Positions 13,808-22,728 of a DNA stretch of 43,044 nucleotides are shown here, piece after piece. A model generated the notes under the pieces. It was not told the origin of the DNA, did no database searches, and saw nothing but the letters and a program-made list of their open reading frames with translations. Position 1 is the first letter of the stretch. Each line of letters starts with the position of its first letter. The DNA comes from Sphaerochaeta sp. (lineage in GTDB: Bacteria; Spirochaetota; Spirochaetia; Sphaerochaetales; Sphaerochaetaceae): NCBI GenBank assembly GCA_028699215.1, contig JAQVVB010000001.1, positions 1 through 43,044 on the forward strand, written 5' to 3'. Position numbers and translations under genes: made by a program.

Positions 13808-14059
13808 ATGGAAGCTAATAAGAAAAGTTTTACTGGACAGGTGGTCAGTGATAAGATGGACAAGACCATAGTCGTATCCATCGCCTCAAGAAGGCTGCAT
13901 CCCCTGTACAAGAAGTATGTGACTACCACAAAAAAAGTGAAGGCACATGATGAGAAAAACGAGGCCAATATCGGCGACACCGTTCGTGTTGTTGAATGCC
14001 GCCACATCAGCAAAGACAAGTGCTGGCGTCTCGTTCAGATTGTCGAGCGTGCTCGGTAA
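13808..14059 (+). CDS. rpsQ: 30S ribosomal protein S17
   Basis: [26 protein letters not shown]. Confidence 0.98.
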   Translation: MEANKKSFTGQVVSDKMDKTIVVSIASRRLHPLYKKYVTTTKKVKAHDEKNEANIGDTVRVVECRHISKDKCWRLVQIVERAR

Positions 14060-14074
14060 ACCAGGAGAGACGTT

Positions 14075-14440
14075 ATGGTACAGATGCAAAGTTATTTGAA
14101 TGTAGCGGACAACAGTGGAGCTAAGAAGGTCCAGTGCATAAAAGTTCTCGGAGGAAGCCATAGATATGTTGCCAGTGTTGGTGATATCATTGTGGTTGCT
14201 GTAAAGAACGTACTGCCTAATGGCGCCATTAAGAAGGGCGACGTAATGAAAGCCGTCATTGTTCGTACAAAGAAGGAATACCGCAGACCTGACGGTACCT
14301 ATATCAGGTTCGATGATAACGCATGTGTTATTATCGATGCCAACAATAACCCGCGCGGTAAGCGTATCTTCGGACCAGTTGCCAGAGAACTCAGAGATGG
14401 CTACATGAAGATCGTTTCACTCGCGCCGGAAGTGTTGTAG
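14075..14440 (+). CDS. rplN: 50S ribosomal protein L14
   Basis: [33 protein letters not shown]. Confidence 0.99.
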   Translation: MVQMQSYLNVADNSGAKKVQCIKVLGGSHRYVASVGDIIVVAVKNVLPNGAIKKGDVMKAVIVRTKKEYRRPDGTYIRFDDNACVIIDANNNPRGKRIFGPVARELRDGYMKIVSLAPEVL

Positions 14441-14450
14441 GAGTGTGCAC

Positions 14451-14756
14451 ATGAAGCTTAAGAAGAACGACACCGTAAAGATTCTTGCTGGAAAAGACAA
14501 AGGTAAGACTGGTAAGATCGTAAAGGTAGACCTAGAGAAAGAAAGGGTCGTCGTCCAGGGTGCCAACATGGTCAAAAAGACCATGAAGAAGAAAAATCCG
14601 CAGGATAAGGGCGGCATCATGGAAATCGAGGCTCCGATCCATGTATCCAATGTTGCGTACGTTACCTCTAAGGGCGTCGCTACCAGGATCGGGTACAAGT
14701 TCGATGAGAGCGGAAATAAAGTCCGTTTTGCTAAAAAAACCGGGGAAGTGATCTAA
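14451..14756 (+). CDS. rplX: 50S ribosomal protein L24
   Basis: [24 protein letters not shown]; ATG 14451. Confidence 0.98.
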   Translation: MKLKKNDTVKILAGKDKGKTGKIVKVDLEKERVVVQGANMVKKTMKKKNPQDKGGIMEIEAPIHVSNVAYVTSKGVATRIGYKFDESGNKVRFAKKTGEVI

Positions 14757-15307
14757 TGGAAAAGTTCATACCTAATTTCAAGACAAAATATCTTGAGACT
14801 GTAGCTCCGGCTCTTTTTACCGAACTTGGCTACACCTCAAAAATGCAGGTTCCTACCCTGGAGAAGATTGTCGTCAGTGTGGGTGTCGGTGAAGCAATTG
14901 TTAACAAGAAGCTTCTCGATGCTTCCGTTAAGGAACTCGAACAGATTACAGGACAGCATGTTCTAAAGACCAAAGCCAGAAAGTCTATTGCAAACTTCAA
15001 AGTTCGTGAAGGCCAGGAAATTGGTGCTATGGTTACCCTCCGCGGTGACAACATGTGGTTCTTTATCGAAAGATTGATCAGTATTGCTCTTCCCCGCGTC
15101 AAGGACTTCAAGGGTGTTAAACCTAATGCTTTTGATGGACATGGAAACTACTCTCTCGGAATTACCGAGCAGATTATTTTCCCTGAAATTGACTTCGATA
15201 AGATCGAGCGTGTCAGCGGCTTGAATATTGCCATTGTAACGACCGCGAAGACCGATGAAGAAGGCTACGCCCTGCTGCAGAAGCTTGGCATGCCCTTCGC
15301 TAAATAA
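14756..15307 (+). CDS. rplE: 50S ribosomal protein L5
   Basis: [37 protein letters not shown]. Confidence 0.99.
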   Translation: MEKFIPNFKTKYLETVAPALFTELGYTSKMQVPTLEKIVVSVGVGEAIVNKKLLDASVKELEQITGQHVLKTKARKSIANFKVREGQEIGAMVTLRGDNMWFFIERLISIALPRVKDFKGVKPNAFDGHGNYSLGITEQIIFPEIDFDKIERVSGLNIAIVTTAKTDEEGYALLQKLGMPFAK

Positions 15308-15319
15308 GGGTGGAGATAT

Positions 15320-15505
15320 ATGGCAAAAAAATCAATGATCGTAAAGGCCAATAGGGAACCCAAGTTCAGTACCCGGAAAGTCAATCGTTGCAGAATTTGT
15401 GGCAGACCCCGTGGCTATATGCGCCAGTTCGAGATGTGCAGGATCTGCTTCCGCAAATTGGCAAGTGAAGGCCAGATTCCTGGTGTTACCAAATCCAGTT
15501 GGTAG
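15320..15505 (+). CDS. rpsN: 30S ribosomal protein S14, short zinc-binding (type Z) form
   Basis: 61 aa; [25 protein letters not shown]. Confidence 0.98.
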   Translation: MAKKSMIVKANREPKFSTRKVNRCRICGRPRGYMRQFEMCRICFRKLASEGQIPGVTKSSW

Positions 15506-15514
15506 GAGAGAAAA

Positions 15515-15913
15515 ATGGCTGTAAGTGATCCAGTTGCTGATATGCTGACCAAAATCAGAAATGCTAGTTTGGCTAAGCATGAGAAAGTAGATATTTCCAC
15601 TTCAAAGATGAAACTTCAGATTGTGAAGATTCTCAAAAATGAAGGGTACGTCAAGAACTTCAAGAAGGTTACGAAAGATGGAATTTCTTTCATCCGAGTT
15701 TTCTTGAAGTATGACGATAAGCAGAGTCCAGTACTCCACGGGATTGAACGAGTTTCAACTCCTGGTCGCCGGGTTTATACCGGTTACCGTGATATGCCCC
15801 GTGTGTACAACGGACATGGCGTCGTTGTAGTCTCCACTTCTACTGGTGTTATCACTGGTAAGAAGGCTACAGAGAACAAGGTCGGTGGCGAACTGATCTG
15901 CACGATATGGTAA
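15515..15913 (+). CDS. rpsH: 30S ribosomal protein S8
   Basis: [30 protein letters not shown]. Confidence 0.99.
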   Translation: MAVSDPVADMLTKIRNASLAKHEKVDISTSKMKLQIVKILKNEGYVKNFKKVTKDGISFIRVFLKYDDKQSPVLHGIERVSTPGRRVYTGYRDMPRVYNGHGVVVVSTSTGVITGKKATENKVGGELICTIW

Positions 15914-15924
15914 GGTGGTAAAGA

Positions 15925-16470
15925 ATGTCCAGAATTGGAAAATTGCCAATCGCAGTACCTGCAGGGGTTAAAGTTGCTGTTGCCGATGGTTTTATCAATG
16001 TTGAAGGTCCCAAAGGCAAACTCAATTGTGCATACCGTCCTGAAGTATTGATTGACAATAAGGGTAGCGAGATTATCGTATCCCCTAAGGATGAATCCAA
16101 GGCTAGTAACAGCTATCAGGGTTTGTACCGCCAGTTGATTAACAACATGGTTATTGGAGTTTCCAAAGGTTACTCCAAGACCTTGATTATCAACGGTGTC
16201 GGTTACCGCGCTGAGCTGAAAGGCAATACGCTGACGATGAACCTTGGGTACTCTGAATTGATTGAAGTCGTACTTCCCCAGGGAATTACTGCTACTCTTG
16301 AAAACCCCAATAAGGTTGCCATTAGTGGCATTGACAAGCAGCTCGTTGGTCAGACTTGTGCTGAAATCCGTTCACTCCGCGCTCCTGAGCCTTATAAAGG
16401 CAAGGGTATTCGGTATGAGGATGAAGTCATTCGTCGTAAGGCCGGCAAGTCCGCTTCGGCAAAGAAATAG
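15925..16470 (+). CDS. rplF: 50S ribosomal protein L6
   Basis: MSRIGKLPI, GVGYRA, PEPYKGKGIRY. Confidence 0.99.
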   Translation: MSRIGKLPIAVPAGVKVAVADGFINVEGPKGKLNCAYRPEVLIDNKGSEIIVSPKDESKASNSYQGLYRQLINNMVIGVSKGYSKTLIINGVGYRAELKGNTLTMNLGYSELIEVVLPQGITATLENPNKVAISGIDKQLVGQTCAEIRSLRAPEPYKGKGIRYEDEVIRRKAGKSASAKK

Positions 16471-16486
16471 TGGGTAGGGTAAAGAG

Positions 16487-16846
16487 ATGAATAGAGTAAT
16501 CGACAAAAGAAGAAAGCTTACCCGTCGTAAGCACCATATTCGAAAGAACATCTCCGGGACTGCTAGCAGACCGAGGATGAGTGTTTTCCGCAGCAATTCC
16601 CATATGTATGTTCAGGTCATTGATGATGTCGCGGGTGCAACTCTTGTTGCAGCAAGCACCGTTGAAAGCGAACTGAAAGGCTTGAGAAATACTGTTGAAG
16701 ATGCAGCAAAGCTTGGTGACGTAATTGGTAAGAGAATGCTCGAGAAGAATATCGACACCTGTGTATTCGATCGAAACGGCTATCTCTTCCACGGCATTGT
16801 CAAGAGCATCGCAGACGGCGCCCGCAAAGCCGGCGTTAGGTTCTAG
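16487..16846 (+). CDS. rplR: 50S ribosomal protein L18
   Basis: RPRMSVFRSN, VFDRNGYLFHG. Confidence 0.98.
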   Translation: MNRVIDKRRKLTRRKHHIRKNISGTASRPRMSVFRSNSHMYVQVIDDVAGATLVAASTVESELKGLRNTVEDAAKLGDVIGKRMLEKNIDTCVFDRNGYLFHGIVKSIADGARKAGVRF

Positions 16847-16855
16847 GGGGATACT

Positions 16856-17368
16856 GTGGAAAGATCTAGAGAAAGAGATAAAGACAAGAATGACGGATAC
16901 GTTGAAAAGCTTATCAAGTTGAATCGTGTTGCAAAAGTAGTCAAGGGTGGTAGGAGATTCTCCTTCTCAGCTTTGGTTGTTGTAGGCGATCAGAAAGGTA
17001 AGGTTGGATATGGTTTCGGAAAGGCTAATGACGTCACCGAGGCTATTCGTAAAGCCGTTGACCGTGCCAAGACCAATATGATCGTAGTTTCTGTGAAGAA
17101 GACCTCAATTCCTCATGAAATTGTCGGTAATTATAAGAGCGCAAGTGTCCTTCTTCGTCCTGCAGTTCCAGGTACCGGTGTTATTGCCGGTGGTGCTGTT
17201 CGTGCGATCTGTGATGCGTGCGGTATCAATGACATCCTGAGCAAGTCCCTCGGTTCCAAGAATTCAATCAACACCGTTAAGGCCGCTTTTGATGCACTCG
17301 AGCATCTGTTTGATGCAAAGAGCATAGCAAAGAACAGGGGAAAATCCCTGAGCGAGATGTGGGGTTAA
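16856..17368 (+). CDS. rpsE: 30S ribosomal protein S5
   Basis: NRVAKVVKGGRRFSFSALVVVGD, PGTGVIAGG; GTG start. Confidence 0.99.
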   Translation: MERSRERDKDKNDGYVEKLIKLNRVAKVVKGGRRFSFSALVVVGDQKGKVGYGFGKANDVTEAIRKAVDRAKTNMIVVSVKKTSIPHEIVGNYKSASVLLRPAVPGTGVIAGGAVRAICDACGINDILSKSLGSKNSINTVKAAFDALEHLFDAKSIAKNRGKSLSEMWG

Positions 17369-17372
17369 TACG

Positions 17373-17561
17373 ATGGCTGATGTGAAGAAGATCAAAGTTA
17401 CCCTGGTCAGAAGTATTGCAAGTTCCTTGCCTGTACAGCGCAGAACTGTAAAGGCACTTGGACTTGGCAAGATTTCCAGCTCGGTTGTACATGATGCCAC
17501 TCCCTCTAATCTAGGGATGGTTCGTGTCGTATCACACCTTGTGAAAGTCGAGGAGATGTAA
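17373..17561 (+). CDS. rpmD: 50S ribosomal protein L30
   Basis: IKVTLVRS, TVKALGLGK, VSHLVKVEE. Confidence 0.97.
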   Translation: MADVKKIKVTLVRSIASSLPVQRRTVKALGLGKISSSVVHDATPSNLGMVRVVSHLVKVEEM

Positions 17562-17562
17562 G

Positions 17563-17994
17563 ATGGGACAGATTCATGCACCTTATGGTGCAAATACCAA
17601 AAAGACTATCGTAGGTCGCGGCAACTCTTCAAAGGGCCGTTCCTGTGGTAGAGGACATGATGGGCAGAACTCACGTTCTGGCGGTGGTGTTCGTCTGGGT
17701 TTTGAAGGTGGGCAGATGCCTTTGTATCGCCGTGTTGCGCGCAGAGGTTTTTCTAATAGTGAGTTCAAGAAGGAGTACCAGATAGTCTCTCTTGATGTTC
17801 TTTCCGCCAACTTCGAAGATGGAGATGTGGTTACCCTCGACGTTCTTAAGGACGCTGGTTTGGTAAAGGGTTACAATGTTCAGGTTAAAGTCTTGAGCAA
17901 TGGAGAACTGACCAAAAAAGTAATCATTGATGGGTTGAAGGTTTCCGCAAGCGCAATCGAAAAGATTACTGCTGCGGGTGGCGAAATCAGATAA
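17563..17994 (+). CDS. rplO: 50S ribosomal protein L15
   Basis: GRGHDGQNSRSG, GFEGGQMPLYRR. Confidence 0.98.
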   Translation: MGQIHAPYGANTKKTIVGRGNSSKGRSCGRGHDGQNSRSGGGVRLGFEGGQMPLYRRVARRGFSNSEFKKEYQIVSLDVLSANFEDGDVVTLDVLKDAGLVKGYNVQVKVLSNGELTKKVIIDGLKVSASAIEKITAAGGEIR

Positions 17995-18008
17995 CAAAGA
18001 AGGGCTTT

Positions 18009-19325
18009 ATGGCAAACTCCTTAGTTGAGATGTATAGAATGAAGGATCTTCGGAAGAAGATTTTCATTACCCTAGGCCTACTGGTAGTCAGTAGGATTGG
18101 GGCCGTGATTCCAATTCCTGGGATTGATCCGGAAGTTCTGAAACTGTATTTTCTTTCACAGAGTAATAGTTCCAACATCGGACTCACAGAGTATTTGAAC
18201 TTTTTCTCCGGCGGTGCTTTTTCGAACTTCTCGCTCTTCATGCTTGGTGTTATGCCTTACATCAGCATGCAGATTATTCTGCAGTTGCTGATGTTAGTTG
18301 TACCTTCCTTGAAGAAGTTGGCACAGGATCCGTCAGGCCATAAAAAAATCCAGCAGTACACCAGATATGGTACGGTAATCGTTTGTTTGGTTCAATCGTA
18401 TGTAATAACGATTTATGCAAACTCCATTCCTGGTGTAATGACCATGGGCCAGCTTCCGTTTACTTTGGTTGCAATGCTCACGGTTACTACAGGATCAATG
18501 CTTTTAATTTGGATTGGTAATAAGATCACCCAGTGGGGTATCGGAAACGGTATCAGCTTGTTGATTTTTGCCGGTATTGTTGCAAGAATTCCAGAGGCAA
18601 TGACTCTACTGTTCAGAAGTGTCTCCGCAGGCGTTTTGAATCCTATAGTCGTTCTGGTAGTTTTTGTTATGTTTATTGTAGTTGTTGCGCTTGTTGTCTA
18701 TGAAGAACAAGGTGTAAGGAAGATTCCCGTTAACTATGCTAAGCGTGTGGTAGGTCGCAAGATGTATGGTGCTCAGAGCACATATATTCCTTTTAAGATC
18801 AATCCCTCTGGCGTTATCCCGGTAATCTTTGCTTCCGCGTTGCTTTCATTCCCATTACAGATTGCAACAACTTTAGGACCAGAGGTAAGGTGGCTTGCTG
18901 CCTTTTCCAATTGGCTTAATCCTCAGGGTGCCCCCTATCTGATTATCTACACCCTGTTGATCATAGCGTTTGCTTTCTTCTATACGCAGGTGTCACTGAA
19001 CCCGGTAGAGATGGCCAAGCAGATTCGAGAGAACGGAGGGTCCGTACCTGGTGTACGTTCCGAAAAGCTGGAAGAGTACCTGACTAGGGTGCTTAACCGA
19101 ATTGTTCTTCCCGGTGCTGTATTCTTGGCTTTCATTGCCTTGATCCCCACGCTGGTACAGAAGTTCTTTAACTTCCCTTCATCGGTTGCAATGTTGTTCG
19201 GAGGAACGTCGCTGTTGATTCTAGTTGGCGTTGATTTGGATACCATGAGACAGATTGAGGGTGTTATGAAAATGCACCACTACGATGGGTTCAATGTGGG
19301 TAGCAAGAAGTCAAAACACATTTAG
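18009..19325 (+). CDS. secY: Preprotein translocase subunit SecY
   Basis: Multiple TM helices; LGVMPYIS, GIGNGISLLIFAGI, SGVIPVIFAS, FGGTSLLILVGV. Confidence 0.99.
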   Translation: MANSLVEMYRMKDLRKKIFITLGLLVVSRIGAVIPIPGIDPEVLKLYFLSQSNSSNIGLTEYLNFFSGGAFSNFSLFMLGVMPYISMQIILQLLMLVVPSLKKLAQDPSGHKKIQQYTRYGTVIVCLVQSYVITIYANSIPGVMTMGQLPFTLVAMLTVTTGSMLLIWIGNKITQWGIGNGISLLIFAGIVARIPEAMTLLFRSVSAGVLNPIVVLVVFVMFIVVVALVVYEEQGVRKIPVNYAKRVVGRKMYGAQSTYIPFKINPSGVIPVIFASALLSFPLQIATTLGPEVRWLAAFSNWLNPQGAPYLIIYTLLIIAFAFFYTQVSLNPVEMAKQIRENGGSVPGVRSEKLEEYLTRVLNRIVLPGAVFLAFIALIPTLVQKFFNFPSSVAMLFGGTSLLILVGVDLDTMRQIEGVMKMHHYDGFNVGSKKSKHI

Positions 19326-19341
19326 GCTTAGGAGCTAGAAC

Positions 19342-19455
19342 ATGAAAGTAAGAGCAAGTGTCAAACCGATTTGTGACAAATGCAAAGTAGTCAGACGGAA
19401 TGGGGTAGTCCGCATTATTTGTGACAATCCCAAGCACAAGCAGAGACAGAGATAA
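19342..19455 (+). CDS. rpmJ: 50S ribosomal protein L36 (absent from the ORF track)
   Basis: Hand translation [37 protein letters not shown]; AGGAG SD. Confidence 0.98.
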   Translation: MKVRASVKPICDKCKVVRRNGVVRIICDNPKHKQRQR

Positions 19456-19508
19456 CAGGGTTCGGCGCAAGCCTTCCAACTCTATAAGAGAAATTCAGGA
19501 GGCCATGA

Positions 19509-19874
19509 ATGGCGAGAATTGCATGTGTAGATTTGCCGAACAAGGCAGTGAAGATAGCCTTGACCTATATTTACGGTATCGGCAGGGTTTCGGCGGTTGA
19601 TATTTGTGAGAAGACAAAAATCAATCCCGATGCAAACATCAACACCCTTTCCACTGATGATCTTGCGGTACTTCGTAAGGTCATCGAGGAAGAGTACAAG
19701 GTAGAGGGACGTCTGAGAACAGAAGTCGCTCTGAATATTAAGCGCCTTATGGACATTGGCTGTTACCGCGGCCTTCGTCATCGTAAGGGTCTTCCCGTAC
19801 GTGGTCAGAGGACTAAAACCAATGCCCGTACTCGCAAGGGTAAAAAGAAGACCGTTGCGTCGAAGAAGAAATAA
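19509..19874 (+). CDS. rpsM: 30S ribosomal protein S13
   Basis: [36 protein letters not shown]. Confidence 0.99.
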   Translation: MARIACVDLPNKAVKIALTYIYGIGRVSAVDICEKTKINPDANINTLSTDDLAVLRKVIEEEYKVEGRLRTEVALNIKRLMDIGCYRGLRHRKGLPVRGQRTKTNARTRKGKKKTVASKKK

Positions 19875-19888
19875 GGAGCAGGTAATAA

Positions 19889-20266
19889 ATGGCTAATACA
19901 AAGCGCAAAGTGAAGAAGACGGTATATGAGGGGAATGTCTACATTCAGGCTACCTTCAACAATACCATTGTCACCGTTACCGATCTCAACGGTAATGCAG
20001 TTTCCTGGGCCAGCGCAGGCGGTCTCGGATTCCGTGGTGCCAAGAAGTCCACTCCTTATGCAGCACAGACCACCGCTGAAAAAGCAGCCAAGGCTGCTAT
20101 GGATTCTGGACTTCAAGAAGTCAATGTATTTGTGAAGGGTCCCGGAGTCGGACGTGAGAGTGCTATTCGTACTTTGGGCGTTCTTGGGTTGAAAGTCAGG
20201 TCTATTCGTGACGTTACACCCATCCCGCACAATGGATGCAGACCTCGCAAGAGTAGAAGAGTCTGA
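19889..20266 (+). CDS. rpsK: 30S ribosomal protein S11
   Basis: [30 protein letters not shown]. Confidence 0.99.
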   Translation: MANTKRKVKKTVYEGNVYIQATFNNTIVTVTDLNGNAVSWASAGGLGFRGAKKSTPYAAQTTAEKAAKAAMDSGLQEVNVFVKGPGVGRESAIRTLGVLGLKVRSIRDVTPIPHNGCRPRKSRRV

Positions 20267-20284
20267 TGAGGAGTTAGGTAATAA

Positions 20285-20926
20285 ATGGCAAGATATACAG
20301 GACCGAAATGCAGATATTGCAGAGCCGAGAGGACGAAATTGTTCCTTAAGGGCGAGAGATGCCATTCCGGCAAATGCCCAATGAATGATCTCAAATCCAC
20401 CGGACTTCCTGGAAAGGACCCCCGCGCCCGTTCCAAGAAACCGACAGACTATGGTCTTCAGCTTCGTGAGAAGCAGAAGCTCAAGAGAACTTACTGCATG
20501 CTTGAGAAGCAGTTCAAACTGACTTTTGATGAAGCAGCAAGAACCCCTGGTAAGACTGGTGAAAACTTGATCATGTTGCTTGAGTGCAGACTTGACAACG
20601 TTGTATACCGCTTGCATTTTGCAAGTAGTCGCAGTCAGTCAGCCCAGTTCATTAACCATGGACATGTCCAGGTCAATGGCAAGCGCGTATCAATTCCTTC
20701 TTACCGTTTGAAGCCCGGTGACGTTGTCTCCGTAGGTTCACACGGCCAGAAAATGCTTACTATTAAGGAAAATCTCAAGGAATACACCAAGTCTGGAGTC
20801 TGCCAGTGGTTAACCTTGGATGCTGATGCGATGAAGGGCACCTTCGTTGCTGTTCCTAGAAGAAGTGAAGTCACCGAGCTCGAAAAGATTAACGAGCAGC
20901 TGGTAGTCGAGTTGTATTCCAGATAA
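20285..20926 (+). CDS. rpsD: 30S ribosomal protein S4 (four N-terminal Cys)
   Basis: MARYTGPKCRYCR, QLREKQK, LECRLDNVVYR, LVVELYSR. Confidence 0.99.
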   Translation: MARYTGPKCRYCRAERTKLFLKGERCHSGKCPMNDLKSTGLPGKDPRARSKKPTDYGLQLREKQKLKRTYCMLEKQFKLTFDEAARTPGKTGENLIMLLECRLDNVVYRLHFASSRSQSAQFINHGHVQVNGKRVSIPSYRLKPGDVVSVGSHGQKMLTIKENLKEYTKSGVCQWLTLDADAMKGTFVAVPRRSEVTELEKINEQLVVELYSR

Positions 20927-20935
20927 GGAGTAACC

Positions 20936-21988
20936 ATGGCACGCAAAAACCTTCTGAAGGGCTTCAAGAAGCCCAAGGGGATTACCTTCGAACACAGCTC
21001 TGTTGAGCCTAATTATGGTAAATTTATAGCTTATCCGTTTGAGAGAGGCTTCGGTACCACGATTGGCAACACGCTGAGGAGGGTTCTTCTCTCATCTATC
21101 CAGGGGTATGCCGTCACCGCCGTGAAGTTCACTAGCTTCAATGAAGATGGTGTCCCTCACATGATCTCCAGCGAATTTGAACAGCTTCCTGGTGTCCGTG
21201 AAGATATCGCGGATATCATAGCTGCTTTGAAGAAACTGCAGATTAGAATGCCCGAGGACTCGGAAGGGACTAATCTCCTAATCGAGTGCAAAGGCCCCGG
21301 TGTAGTAACCGGCGCAAACTTCGAGCGTGACCAGGTTGAGATCACCAACAAGGATCTGGTTCTGTTTACAATGATGGATGATGCCAACATTGAGATGGAA
21401 GTGCAGATTGACCTTGGTAGGGGCTATGTCCCGTCTGAAATCAACGAGAAGTACATAGAAGAAATTGGGACTATTCCAATAGACGCTACCTTCTCACCGG
21501 TTACCCGCGTTAAGTATTCGATTGAACCCACCCGTGTTGGCTATCGTAGTGATTATGACAAGCTTACACTGGAGATTTACACCGATGGTACGATAGCACC
21601 CCAGAACGCCTTGGCTGAAGCTGCTAAGATTTCGAAGGAATACTTCCAGATCTTCATCAACTTCGACGAGACTTTGATCAGTAATAATGATGAAGTTGAC
21701 GAAGAAGAAGAGAGAGTGAGAAAAATTCTCAATACTTCTGTAGAGGAACTTGAGTTGACCGTAAGGTCCAGCAATTGCCTCAAGAACGCCAACATCAGAA
21801 CTATCGGAGATCTGACCAAGAAAACTGAGGAAGAGATTGCAAAGACGAGAAACTTTGGAAAGAAGAGTCTCTCTGAAATCAAGGATAAGCTTAAAGAATG
21901 GAATCTCAGCCTTGGGATGACAGACTATAGCGTCTTGAAGACAGCAATCAGAGTACCAGGGAACAAGGAAGAAGAGAATGAAGCATAG
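20936..21988 (+). CDS. rpoA: RNA polymerase alpha subunit
   Basis: [48 protein letters not shown]. Confidence 0.99.
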   Translation: MARKNLLKGFKKPKGITFEHSSVEPNYGKFIAYPFERGFGTTIGNTLRRVLLSSIQGYAVTAVKFTSFNEDGVPHMISSEFEQLPGVREDIADIIAALKKLQIRMPEDSEGTNLLIECKGPGVVTGANFERDQVEITNKDLVLFTMMDDANIEMEVQIDLGRGYVPSEINEKYIEEIGTIPIDATFSPVTRVKYSIEPTRVGYRSDYDKLTLEIYTDGTIAPQNALAEAAKISKEYFQIFINFDETLISNNDEVDEEEERVRKILNTSVEELELTVRSSNCLKNANIRTIGDLTKKTEEEIAKTRNFGKKSLSEIKDKLKEWNLSLGMTDYSVLKTAIRVPGNKEEENEA

Positions 21989-22445
21989 GATTGGATTCAA
22001 CGCGCTGAGCAGACGTTCCTCACACAGGACCGCACTAAAGCGCAACATGGTGATCTCCCTGTTCAGATACGAAAGGATCGAGACCACCAAGGCAAAGGCT
22101 CTTGAAGTTCGCAAGATGGCTGAAAAAATGATTACCCGTGCAAAGGTAGAAAGCGTTGCAAATCGCCGAATCATTGCTAAGGATATTAAGGATGAAGCCA
22201 TTGTAGCAAAACTCTTCACAGAGATCGCTCCCATGTTTGCCGAACGCAAGGGCGGTTATACCCGCATCTTGAAAACCGGCAACCGTCTCGGCGATGCAGC
22301 TGAAATGGTCATTCTCGAGCTGGTCGAAAAGACTGCAAAGCCCGATAAAAAGGCCGAGAAGAAAGCTGAAAAAGCTGAAAAAGCTGAGAAGGCTGAGAAG
22401 AAAGCTGACAAGGCCGAGAAAACTGCCACTAAAAAGGCTGAATAA
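21978..22445 (+). CDS. rplQ: 50S ribosomal protein L17 with an Ala/Glu/Lys-rich C-terminal tail
   Basis: [36 protein letters not shown]; overlaps the rpoA end by 11 bp. Confidence 0.98.
   Translation: MKHRIGFNALSRRSSHRTALKRNMVISLFRYERIETTKAKALEVRKMAEKMITRAKVESVANRRIIAKDIKDEAIVAKLFTEIAPMFAERKGGYTRILKTGNRLGDAAEMVILELVEKTAKPDKKAEKKAEKAEKAEKAEKKADKAEKTATKKAE
22353..22442 (+). repeat. Degenerate 9/12-bp repeat encoding AEK(K) units in the L17 tail
   Basis: GCCGAGAAGAAA GCTGAAAAA GCTGAAAAA GCTGAGAAG GCTGAGAAGAAA GCTGACAAG GCCGAGAAA. Confidence 0.8.
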
Positions 22446-22543
22446 GGCACCAAGACAAATGTCCATGATGCTGAGAAGTGTGTAAAAGAGGAACAACAAA
22501 GCCTCGCTGGAGCACCTTCACCAAACAAACTGTCCGCAAGGGC

Positions 22544-22574
22544 AAAGCCGCTGTTGTAATGACGGCGGTTTTTT
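22544..22574 (+). terminator. Intrinsic terminator ending the ribosomal protein cluster
   Basis: AAAGCCGCTGTT/GACGGCGGTTTT stem with T-tract. Confidence 0.8.
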
Positions 22575-22673
22575 GCGTTTTTACTGTTGACATATTTGTG
22601 CATATAAGTAAAAGACTTTGTCGTTATGTTGCGAAATGTGTACTGTCAGTGCAGATTGCAGCCAATCTTAGCC

Positions 22674-22702
22674 TTGACAATACCTCCAAGCGTTCGTATG
22701 AT
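22674..22702 (+). promoter_or_regulatory. sigma70-type promoter for rny
   Basis: TTGACA - 17 nt - TATGAT, 26 nt upstream of the ATG; GGGGG SD. Confidence 0.75.
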
Positions 22703-22728
22703 TGTAGCATTACAATAGGGGGTAGTAT

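Noticed and set aside
22446-22559. rplQ frame stays open for 37 codons past its TAA (possible read-through)
   Set aside because: A run of this length is unremarkable by chance, UAA is rarely read through, and the peptide has no recognisable features
22446-22728. 6S RNA, which lies upstream of rny in some bacteria
   Set aside because: No long closing rod with a central bulge found by eye; the region is explained by a terminator and a promoter. cmscan would settle it
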